From: Balanoglossus misakiensis
Lineage: Eukaryota > Animalia > Hemichordata
Assembly (NCBI GenBank): GCA_040954595.2
Contig: CM082590.2
Span: 10,070,088-10,134,087, forward strand
Reading direction: 5' to 3'
Length of the DNA: 64,000 nt
The number at the start of each line of letters is the position of its first letter. The stretch's first letter is position 1. The notes under the pieces were generated by a model. It saw nothing but the letters and a program-made list of their open reading frames with translations. It searched no databases and was not told the DNA's origin. Both the position numbers and the translations under genes were made by a program. Below are positions 52,401 through 64,000 of this stretch, piece by piece.

Positions 52401-55400
52401 TACACTGGAATCGACTTTTCAAAAACAACAAAACATTTCCAAACATCAAGTTTCGAACTAATCTTTACAATGTTCACACAAAACTCACATGAGCCAAAAA
52501 TGTAAACCGGAGAAGGATAAGACCGAAACACACACACAAAAACATAAACATTTGAAAGCACCACTCTCTTATTTTTTTCTTTTTCAGAACCTGTATGAAC
52601 TTAAAGACCAAGTGTTCAAATGTTTCCATTCGGTGACGTCATCACAATGTGACGTGGAACGTGATGAAACGACAAACTGACACAAACTCTGAAAAGACTA
52701 CCAACGTACTCTGCTTATATGGTTAGTATACATATAAAAATACATACATTATTCATTTCATTTGTGACCAATTTTGGTCTAAAAGTTTAAGGAAAACGAT
52801 GATGCAAATCGGCACAAGTGGAACATGCGAAAATAAACACCAAACCCCTCTTTATAACGCAGCAAGCAGACTTAAAGCTTGTTGTTTTAAATGGGTTAAT
52901 AATGGCTATTTTTAATTAATAAAATTCAGCACTGGAATAATGGAGGAATAATATTTTTACATCACTTGTGGTTTTCTTTAATAGAAATATGAATATAAGT
53001 CCCTTTTTCGATTCATTTCTTTTTTTTCTCTCGCGTAAACCCTTCCTGTTCCAATCTACGCGTTGGTATTTTTTATTGCGAATACAAAAAAAATACAAGT
53101 TTTGGGCGTAGTGTTTATTCAGTCCACAGTTTTCTGAACACAGCTTTTTGACAATGGGATTAGGCATCACATGGTGAAAACGGTCGCTGGCCTATCACAA
53201 ACATCGGTTTATTCGAGGTCACCAGCAAGAGGAATCTTGTCGGCAAAACGACTCGCCACAAAGAGGCGTTTATATTTTTATGGGTCTCTCGAAGTTACAT
53301 AAATGTTCAAATATTCGTTGGCGGGTCATTATTCCCCGCTTGTCGTCTGCCCGGTTTTTCTAGGGCAAGGCTACACTATGGCCTGAGATGACCATTTAAG
53401 GCCGAGGTCTGGTTTGCGCTGACGTCATCAAGCCGAGAACCAGGCTGCAGAAAATTGAGCCCAATTTTGTTTTTCATACCTTATGTTGAAATGCAAGTCA
53501 GATTTTGTCGTCTGGATAGTTTGTGTCGTTTGGTAGGCTGCGCCTGCGTACGTGCTGCGCCAAACTGCTTTAAAATTTGATTGGATCTTTGTAGATGTCT
53601 ACTCTTGTTTCATGTCGTTTTGCTTTATGTCGCCATAGCCTCTGATTCTACACAAGTCCAATCTCCACACACTCTCATCAATTAAAAACAACCCTTGGAA
53701 TATCTGGACCCCAAAATGGAGGCAAAGTTGCTAATCTCGTCACATATTCTGACGTTTTTGGCAAATTTCGCGCGAAAAACCGACTGGTTTTCGTTGGGTA
53801 TCCACTCTCTCTCATACCACGACTTCATGCAATTAATTTTCCATTCATTGCATTGAAAAAAATACAAAATACAATTGAACAAGTCAAATAACTTTGCTTG
53901 ATCGCTTCTATCTAATCATCGCCATTACTAAAATAATACAGTAGATATTAATTTCGTTTTTTGTTTACTTGTAAGATTGATAATTGATAATTAGAGAACA
54001 CAGTCACATTTCCAGGGAGGAGTACCTTTTCGTTTGCACTCTTAGTAAAAATAAAACCCGCATATATTTGTTACAATCGTACACCATATTTCAGAGGAGG
54101 GAGGGGTGATGAATGGCGTGGTGAGGAAATATGTCGACCCAAAATGGCCATATGTCGTTTACAGGCGGACAAATGTTCAACCGATCCTAACCTGGTTGCG
54201 GTATGTGCAGAACACTCGAACCAAACGCGGTGCGACTGAAACGAATCAGCGATATTAAACGATGAAAATATGTCAAATTTAGCGCCATACGGTTTCGGCC
54301 ATACAATTCTATGTGGAAAATATCAAAAAAGTCAATCATTTATATAAACAATGAAATCATAAACATCTATAATCTGATCACAGCTGACTCTAAATCGGGT
54401 TTCCGTTTTTCTAGTTTTATCCTACAATTAAAATTATCATTGTAATCCTTTTTTTAGTGTTGATGCGATTTACTTTGACCTGAATCATTTGTTAATGATT
54501 TTTAAATAATTTTTAAATTTATGAAAACGAGTATTTGGGATGTAGACGACAAGAAAGGGCGGGAAAACTAGGAAAATTTGCGGAATATATCCGATAAAAT
54601 TTGAGTGGCAAAAGCGAGACCTTGAAAGATTTTCCCGTGGCATAAAATGAACATTTACAAAAACAAACTGGGTTGGGTTCACATGGTTCAAATATCAGTT
54701 CTGGAAACTTTTCTCGTTATAACGATAATGACTTCTGCGTCAAAATATGTCACTTTCAATCGTATCCATAGTTCAATTGTAAAAATAAATAAAGTAGTCT
54801 TTGCAGTACAAGAAGATAATTGTAACATATATATATATTTATATATTCACTGTGTAAGAAATGTTCGAACTCTCCCTAAAGTTGAATAACTCGGCAAATC
54901 CCTAGGGTCAATAACCCCTCGTCTTTGCAATCACTTGTTCTTTCTGTCTACGTGACACCACTCAGTTACTCATCCCGTGACGTCACGCCCTTAGATTCTC
55001 TGCTTTCCGTCGGGCCGATCATTTGACAGCCCTGCACGTCTGCATTTTGATTTTCTGTATCAAGGACGCGCGCGAGGCGCATCATCCGTTGCCTAGAGAC
55101 CGGCCCCCATGGTCTTGTCTAACGAGACAAATCGAAACGCGGAAGGTGTAGATTATCAACCTCTACAGCCAAAATTTAACGGCGTTAAACAGAAATGTAG
55201 TTTACTCCATTGGTCAAAGGATAAATTTCTATGATTTTTAAATTATACAGCAAAAATTCTGTTTCAGTCCTTCCAATTAAAATGTTAAGCTTATATGTTT
55301 TCGGCAACTTGTGGTAAGTCTGTATGTCTGTCTGTCTGCCCCCCCCCCCTCTCTCTCTCTCTCTCTGCCCCTCTCTCTCAATAGAATTTCTCCATACCTC

Positions 55401-58400
55401 CTATACCATCTGTTTTTAAGCGCCCCACTTTTTATTTTCTAATCTAAACTTGCTCTGCGCATGACCCAATATCTTGCACACATATTCAGGGTGAGGTTTA
55501 CATTTTGTTTTCAGCGTACGTACCGACCTTTGACCTCTGACACTGCCGTGATTTAGTCAAGTACCTCCTTGTGTTCAGCCAACACTGTTTTCTGTTTGAC
55601 AGGCATCCTTTATTGTTCGACTCTGTGCCTATTTCATCTCAACAAAACAACCTCTTCACGTCTATTCAATATGCTCAATAGAGCCTGAATCTAATTCAAA
55701 CCTCCGCGCGTGCGCACAGCACATCCCGGCAAAACAATTAACGACCTCTATAGGTTGCCTATCGCACTATATAAGACATGCAAATAAGCACTTAATTAAT
55801 TTGTTGACTGCTTCCGTAATTACAGCTTGTTGGACATGATCCCAACAAAAGCTCATCCGATTGAACATTCAAGTCGACAAAAGAGTGTTTGTACAATCGT
55901 ACTTCTAGCATTTGTTATGCGAGGGCTAGTAACACAGACACTGTATTCAAACAACTATTGTGAGAGGGGGTGGGGGAGGGAGGGGGAGAAAAGTGGCATG
56001 CCAACAGAAGGAAAGAGGACGATCACAGAAACTGTGTTTAGACGCAGCGAGTTTTCATACCACACAGTTCAGGAGATGTGGGTCGCGTGAGAACAGGGGA
56101 CACTGCAAAAGACAATGCAGCTAGATTTCTTCGAAAGCCGTAAACATTAATTTTAATGTCAAGCTGTTCGGACTTTAGGGATATCTCTTTTTTATGCCAC
56201 TTAATGCAGGGGTGGGGGTGAAAGGGACGACATACAGGAGTTCTCTTTTTTGCAGCAATATTCCTCGGCCTCCAACATTTCGTGCAAATATTCAACAAAT
56301 CTGGTCAAAAATTGCAACAGGTGTATCACATTTCATAAATCAAAAACTCGATAATCGCAAGTTTGCAAGCTTTGCACGAAAACGGGAGCTTTCTCAGATC
56401 ATTCTGCGGGTATGCAAGCGAAGCAGCGCAGTCTATTGTGCCAAAATACTAGCACATTCGATAGCAATCGGGCCACGAGGAAAAATTAAATTTGATGTAA
56501 TTATCATAAAAATGTCTTTGGTGAGCGAGAATTGACAGTTTCATATTAATCGCTGCATTTCTTTTCTCAGGAAGATAATAATTTTTATCACGCTATATCG
56601 AAAATTAGTACTTATACGGGTCGTGGAGCTTTACAGGTGGATATATCATGGGTTTTCATCCCCCAAAGATCAACGCCCATATGAAAACATGTTGATGAAA
56701 ATATATAAATTTTCTTACAATTTACGTTCGCGTGCTCTCATTGTTTTTCCCCAAAATGTTTTGATTGGAATTTTTCACCTAGATTTATTATGCACGGGTG
56801 TATTAATGTGTCTGGCGTCACCATAATTCCAGAGGTTACATTTTCGATGTATTTGTGCAAACCTATTGGCTTCGTTTCCATACCCCACATTCTACGATTT
56901 TTTATTGCACGCAAGCACACATATGCACAAGTCAGAGGGAGTGTACCTGTGGTTGACTTTTCGACCAACAGCGGAAAAACACAAGAAAACACTCCGCTCG
57001 TGATACATATTTCCAATTTCAGAATTAACATGTGAAATAGGCACCGGGGGCTGGCCCTGTCCGCCTATGTTTTCCCCCAACCGGATGCCAGTAGCGAATA
57101 CGACCAAAAGTGACGTACGGCCTCTATGTTTTCTGCGGCATGTCGCATATTGAACCATATGTACACATCCCCAGCTTAGTGTTTCTGATCAACCAGGCCA
57201 TAATTAATGGCAGAAACTCTCCATCCTGGCATAAAACCTGTAGTCTGCAAAATGTTGACAAATTGGCCATACAACAATGCACAAGCAAATGACCAATAAG
57301 AATCAACCAGACGACTGACGTAGACAATTTGATAAAGAAACGTGAAAAACTGAAGTATTTGATAAAAAGGAAAATAATTTTATACCTTTTGAATTCAAAC
57401 TAATGTTTGAAACCCTGTCTCTGTTTCGATAACGATCAATCAACACTGACATCTAGGGAGGGATGTTTTAAATGTGCATACCAAACGATTCATCAACGTC
57501 AGATATTGCAAAAATGTATGTCAGGCTAAACTTAGAAAGAAATTTCATGATGTAGTGAAAACCTTATAGCAAAACACCAAGGTGTATACTTTAAAGTATA
57601 AATGATCTCTATATTACCCACTTTCATTCGCGAACACATTTTCGCCACCGACCCCGAATTTCTGCTCTCGTTTGAAAAGACTGTGTCCTCTCATTTATTC
57701 AAGTCATCAAAAATTCATGAAATCGTTTATTTTTATCAATTTGTCTACTTTATACAACCACATAAATAGGAGTCACATCAGCGGGGTTTCAAACACTACG
57801 CACACAAATTGTCGTTTGGTGAGGTTTAGTGTCTGTTTAAGCGCGCTGGGTCACAGAGGGCCAACCACGCCTATACAGAAAGCTCTAGCTATGGTGGTTT
57901 GTTTCTGTGCAGTTATCTCCACACGTGTTACACGCGATGGAATGTATCAAGAGTAGCTTATGATACGTTAGGTTTCACGTTTCTCTAAAATCGTGTTTTG
58001 GTTATCCAAAAAAGCAATTTAAAAACTACATTTCAACTTAAACGGAAGACTTATGCACCTTCAACTATTAGTAGTCCGAGACAACATTTCCGAACACTCA
58101 GAACGGCGGCTGTTATGGTGGTACCGGGGACTACACAACAAAACCTGGCAAATCATATTCGCCGGGGCACCTACTGATACACGGCTGTCGGCTGGGCACG
58201 GTTACACAACACGAGAAAGTGATTTGTTCGAGTAATTGATCAAACCATTGTGACGGGACTTAAATCTTGACTCCCAGTGAAAAGAACTACAAACCCGTGA
58301 CGACTAAAACTTATCTCTCGTTAAAGTCCCTATACTTCCAGTACAAGGGAGTGTTAAAATCTTACGACCGACTGGCCTTTTCTTATGTTTAATATCTAAG

Positions 58401-59914
58401 GAAATCGGTATTGTCCGGGGTTTTGTCCAAATTCTGCCAACGACTTGATTGAAACAATAGACTTCCAATCACAAGGAATTCCCACTAGCAAGCCACCATA
58501 ATAGATCGGTTGTATTTGTTCGAAACTACAATAACACCGACGGCCAAAGACAGATTTGCAAGTAAAATTTTAATTTGGAGTGAAAAGGGGAGGAGATGAG
58601 GGTTGAAGTTCCCCTTGTGAAGTAAAGGCGGGTAAGAAATGCGGCGCTCGACTGCGAGTGTAGTCAGGATTACGTCTAAGGTTCGGAGATATGGAACAGC
58701 AAACGTACACGAATAACTGCTCTCTCTTCTTCTCTCTCTCTCTCCTCTCCCCCCTCTCTCTCTCTCCCCCTCTCTCTCTATTTCTTGATATGTTTATAGG
58801 TCTGTTGTTGGTTTCCACACAAATGCTATGGCATCCAAACACATTGCATAACTACGCGATATTTCTCTGCACATCTGTTGGCCGAACCTCCAAACAATAG
58901 CGATAGAATCCTTTAGTAACATTCAATGGAGTTATGACCAATTTCAGTCCCAAAATGCCTAATTAAAGCCATATACATTAAAATTCTTTGTTAACCTGTC
59001 TCACGCATTTCAAACTTCTCCATTAGGAAGCAGAAAACAAGATAACCATTCCCTTAGGTAATAGCAAAAGAATTTGCGCTGGACCAAAACATTAATTTCT
59101 CCACTCAGCTAAATTTGTGAAAAGATACAAATTTGCCCAAAATTGATTCGTGAAAACGTCATCCATATTCCTAAGTTTATAGGTCAAATATAGTGTCTAC
59201 ATGCCCAGTTGCAACAGTTCACAAGGCGATACAGCACAACACAGACAAGAGAAAAAAAACAGAACCAAGTCAAGTCCGTGAAAGACGGATATATGAATCT
59301 TTGATGCCAACCAACATTCCCCGATCCCACGCTGAAGGCGCTTTTTATCACAAGTGAAAATTTCGTTACCAGGACGCCTTGTCTGTGAACTCAAACGTGA
59401 CGGTTGATTACGTCATTAATTAGCATAAAACCTCGATTTCATGAAGTTAATTTAATTTTATGACGCACCTCGGAAATGTTTAATCACGGTGAAGTAACGG
59501 CGAATTTTTCGAATACCGCTATGTCTATTAACATGTAATATGCGACAAAATCGATTTTGGATAAAATAATCCCAGACTTGTGAATTCCAGCGGTGAGAAG
59601 ATTGGAATTCGTAGAAAGAGTGTTGTCTAAAAGTGGCGCGTTAAGATCAGTGTAACTCGTAAACCAGCTACTACTAAACACATTGTCTATAGTTTAGCCT
59701 CATCGACAAGGATGTGTGAGAAATCATCAGCTGAGATAGTAGATACTTGCTAATCGCAGCCTGAATCCCAGCAGACGACAATTTCTGACGAAAATGGCCA
59801 AATCTGTCCCAATATCTAGCTTAGTTTGACACGAACGACCGGCGTCGATGATTTCGTTGCTCGTGGGTGAATAGCTAGAGGATTCATAAACATACGGGCA
59901 TTTTTCAACCATAA

Positions 59915-59968
59915 CCAATAACATCCATTTTTACGTTTCGCCGCTGCGGCCCTGCTATCTGTATAAAA
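59915..59968 (+). promoter_or_regulatory. Candidate core promoter of the plus-strand gene (CCAAT + TATA)
   Basis: CCAAT at 59915-59919 and TATAAAA at 59962-59968 in canonical spacing, ~390 bp upstream of the ATG. Confidence 0.4.
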
Positions 59969-60354
59969 AATCACATCAAACCCTCGCCGCGAGAAATTCT
60001 CGTCAAAAATGACCCTTAAAGCATTTGCGTTTAATCTCATCGCGGTGAAAAACAAATAACGGCGCAACGATCAGAAGGGGGGACATTTCACTTTATAGCA
60101 GCCAAGAAATGACTAGTCAGGTTTTATTATTCACGTTGACGGGCCGCTCGAGCTGTTTCCTTTGGAAAGATTAAGGCGCAATAAAGATAATAAAAGGGTC
60201 CCTAGACAATCTGTGATGAAACTACAAACGCATGCCGGCATTTCTCCTACTACAATAACACAGGCGAACTTAATAACAGGGGTACCATCTTGGTCGCGAC
60301 TTCATATACGTTTACTTTAGGGGTTCAACTCTCGCTTGCCGGCGACTCTCCAGA

Positions 60355-60769
60355 ATGCAGTGGGGCTCGGGGAAAGACTGGTCCGTAACGGCAGCTAACA
60401 CAGACACTCTCGCTCAGTGTTTTACAGCCCGGCCATCAGCAATGACGAGCATGTTTAATCGCAGTGACAACGGCGGTTTAATGAGTTCTCAAAGTGGCTC
60501 CGATCAGCATACATCGTTCCACTGCCGATACCCTTACTACAACAACTTGGACGCGGCGGCAGCGGCGGCGGCGACGGGCGGGCACAACGAAGAAATGTCG
60601 ACCTGGACCCCGTTAGATTTCGCCCAATCGCGACAGTTCGCCAACAGCTTCAATCACCACCATCACCCGGCGATGTTGAACACCTCCCCAACCGCAGCAC
60701 AACAGCAGTACATGTCATCCACTGGCTACCAACTACAACATAATCCGGGCTACCCGATGAACATGACTG
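60355..60769 (+). CDS. Probable first coding exon of a second posterior Hox gene (Hox11/13c or Hox11/13b-like), inverted relative to Hox11/13a; homeobox exon outside the window
   Basis: GC-richer 138-codon ORF MQWGSGKDWSV...AQCFTARP...YPYYNNLD-AAAAAA...HHHH...QQQ...GYPMNMT with transcription-factor-like low-complexity tracts. It ends at a consensus donor CTG|GTAAGA in phase 1, like the other gene. The Hox identity is inferred from context and composition, because no homeobox is visible in 60770-64000. Confidence 0.72.
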
Positions 60770-63700
60770 GTAAGACCAAATCATCCAAAAATTATCGTCT
60801 GCGATAAAATCTCCACAAATTGTCGTCTGCGCGTAAAAGTTCAGAAAAACCCGTTTTCAATTTATACCACCCGAGGGTTTGTTCCCAAACGTCGTATATA
60901 TTATTTTCCAAATAAATAGATCTAAAAAACTGTCACCAAAGGATCTGGATTTTTATGTCAGCGCGCGAAATTCTAATTTTATGACTCAGATAGAATATAC
61001 CCCTTAAAGTTCAAGTTTGTTGCATATTACCTCCAAAAGATTGGGGATCTGGTCGTTCCCAAATGAGCCTAGTGAAAATAACCCACCATCAGGTGCCATA
61101 GAAACTGTATTAAAGGCCACAAGGCACCTGCCCTACAGGCGGGAATGAAGTCCAGAGAAAACATAACATTTTGACAAAATGAATAATCCTCAGGTCACAG
61201 CATGCTGCAATAGCGCGAATAAAAAGCTAAAATCGTTCAGTGACAACAAACGTGTGCCAGTGTGAATTTCTCTTCGGGTGTTGAAAAGTTCTAATCAGAC
61301 ATGAAAGAGCGCGATTATATTTGTTGAATAACTGCCTTGGTCACTTTTTAAAAAGTCGCTAAAATTTAAGAAACTCATAAATCGTAGAATATGGCGCCCT
61401 GTGTATCCGAAATGAACCAAAATAACAACAGAAGCATTAAATTATAACTGGTCACAAATTGTCGTCTGGCTTGTAGACTCGACAGACAGTGATGTCGGCA
61501 GCATGGGCTAATCGCACTGCAGGTGTCGTGGTCTGGTCTGGGATCATCAACCCGCATTTACTGCACGATGAAGATGCGAAATTGCGCCGTTAATATCTTT
61601 GTAGTTGACATATACCGAGATATGGCCGCCAATAAGACCATTTCGAGACAAATTTCGCGAAATATAAAGGTTATTTTTGCATTTCCTGAAAGATTGTTCG
61701 CGATAATACACCTCTTTCACCAGACATTTAAAGCTACTGTATCGCCGGGCGGCCGTTGAGCGGACTGACATAAGCCAGTAACAAAGTGACTGAAATACCA
61801 AATCCGTTCAAAACACCAAATAATCAAAGACTGTTGTGATATCACATATTAATGTCGAATTTGTGCGGATTTCCCCCAAAATGTGTCAGAAAGAGGATCT
61901 GTTGGTGTATAAGTTCGCGCCACTGAAGGCACAGGTACGCACAGTGGCGTTTGTTCGTGCGCGGCCGGCCGGGTCAGATTGTCCAATCGTCGTCAGCCTC
62001 TCACATTCCAAGAGATTTTCACACGTTCGCTGTCTTTACATTAAGACCGGTTTGTGAGATGTCTGATTCTATGCCAGAACATTCTGAGATCTGTTGTCTT
62101 CTTTCTCAAAAGAAGTAGTTTTGTGTAAATGATTGTGTCTTCTCGGACACGAAGTTGGCACTCGGAGCCAGTGGTTCTAGTTTCCGAACTTGTCAGAAAA
62201 CTAGTTGAAAATGCGCCACTCTTGTGATAATCTAGTCATGGCTAGCGTCCTGACTACATGCAACCCTCCTGAAGCAAAACTATTCAACCAAACCTTATAC
62301 CAAAAAGGAAAAACTACACCAAATGTGGAGAGGATTCACGGAATGTTTGCAAAAGACCATTCTTCACCAAAATACCACCACCATTTTCTAAGGAAGTGTC
62401 AAAAACCCTACGCCAACTTAAATTTCTTCAATCGTCTCATTTGTGTTCTTACCATTCTACAACATTTGATATGACTGAAACATGATGTCGTCTTACTGCT
62501 ATTAAAAATTAGACTGTCATTATTTTGTGATAACGATAACCCAGTACAGATCCGAGGAAGCCGCTAGCACATCCTGGGTGTCGTGCATTCGCGAGTCGTC
62601 AGAAAGTCGGCCATATTTGGAGAGGTGCTCATAGTTCCCTTGCATAAACAAGTTGATAAAAATTAGTGCCACTTTCAAGTAACATTTCAACATTCAGGTT
62701 TGTTCTGATTATCGTGTGTTACTACTATTCAAAAATAGTTGTTGTGAGTTTTAAAAAAACTCTTAAACAACAATCTAGGAGCGGGGGAAGGCGCTATTTC
62801 TTGACAAAGGAAAAGCTCAGTGAAACCGGTCGAGCTCGCGACGATGAAGAAGGATCCGCGAGATAGACAGTAGCACCGTAGTATTTAGACGAAAAATCGG
62901 AATAAATTCTAAGTCAAAAAGTTGTCAAAAATGGCGAGGAATAGAGAGAGATAATCCGCAATAGCACTCAGGGGCGGATCAGACACAACACGGATGGTAT
63001 CTACGCGACATCATATCAAGAATACTGTTATTATTATCCCCAAAATGACACTAAATTTGCCCAAACGACACTTTGATCAATTTTACTGAGTTTTAATCCC
63101 TAAATGTCGCGATATTAGCAGACACTGACGACCATTCCCGCTAATTTTAGCAGCAGTTTCGAGTGCAGTTTATTGACACATTAACACTCCAGTTAGAAGA
63201 ACCGTAACTCCAAGATTGGCTTATTCCGAGGCGCTTCCAACTGTCTGCCTACCTATTTTACGATTATCATGTTTAATATGAATACCTTATTACGTTTTTT
63301 TTCTAAACTGTTGTTCAATGATCCTGATAAACTATAATGCTTTTAATGGAGAACAAAATTTGCTGGTAGAAAAGACGTCATGTCGTTGCGTGCCAAACGG
63401 GATTTTCACTTTGTGCCACACACGCTATCTCGTTTGTCTTCTTTGAAAAGCGGGAAGAGTAGATGCCAAAATTGGACTCCTTTCTTTATCGGTTACTCGA
63501 CACTGATTGGCGGAATAGAATTGGCAGAAACACTTTCCGTGCAGGGCATTTTGTTCGGAAAATGTGCTGTGAAGTTCTTTCAACAAACCAAGCCAAAACA
63601 TCAAAAGGCGAATCTCATAATACTAGTCTACTAGTTACCTGCGGGTAGGCCAAACATGGCAACGGTTTTGATAGATATGTGTTTTGTACAATACGTTTTG

Positions 63701-64000
63701 TTTACAATTGTCATTTTGAAGCAAATTAAACACGCAAAGTTGAACAGTTTTGTCCAAGCTACATCTATCGTTGCCAATGTAGGGTTCAAATTGTACATCA
63801 TGGTTGACTAACTGATTCTTGTTCTCGGCCGCGGCGGCGAAGTCACACGTCAGCTGACCCAGTTGTGGTGGGATCGCCCGGGAAGTAAAAGAATAGTCAC
63901 GGCAGGCTGACTTGGTTGTGCATGGACCCTTTAAAATGCACAGACAACTAAAGTTATTTTTTTCTGCTTCCAAAAGGGTAACGAAGCCCATGTAACCTGT

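Noticed and set aside
1767-63935. TTAA-flanked Kolobok/piggyBac-type MITEs suggested by scattered TTAAAGG/CCTTTAA
   Set aside because: I could not pair any left end with a matching inverted right end.
1-64000. Enrichment of TCF/LEF sites (CTTTGAT/ATCAAAG)
   Set aside because: About a dozen hits by eye, similar to the expectation for an AT-rich 7-mer in 64 kb; individual sites cannot be supported.

Overview
AT-rich, intron-containing animal DNA from the posterior end of a Hox cluster, most likely of an ambulacrarian (probably a hemichordate). A complete two-exon Abd-B-class gene lies on the minus strand (exon 1 19558-19165, 3002-bp GT-AG phase-1 intron, exon 2 16162-15855, 233 aa), and its homeodomain best fits Hox11/13a. 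About 41 kb upstream, a divergently oriented plus-strand first exon (60355-60769, phase-1 donor) looks like the N-terminus of a second posterior Hox gene (Hox11/13c or b), with its homeobox exon beyond the window. This matches the known inversion of the terminal genes in hemichordate clusters. The rest appears non-coding. It contains microsatellites, a 33-bp palindromic minisatellite grown out of a dispersed repeat, a 209-bp ~97%-identical inverted repeat enclosing 2 kb, CTCF/YY1/CRE/NRF1/RFX/DR1-like motif clusters, and a strongly recurrent motif CAGACGACAATTT that I cannot assign to a factor. All counts and alignments were done by eye, and gene names rest on recalled family features rather than a database search.
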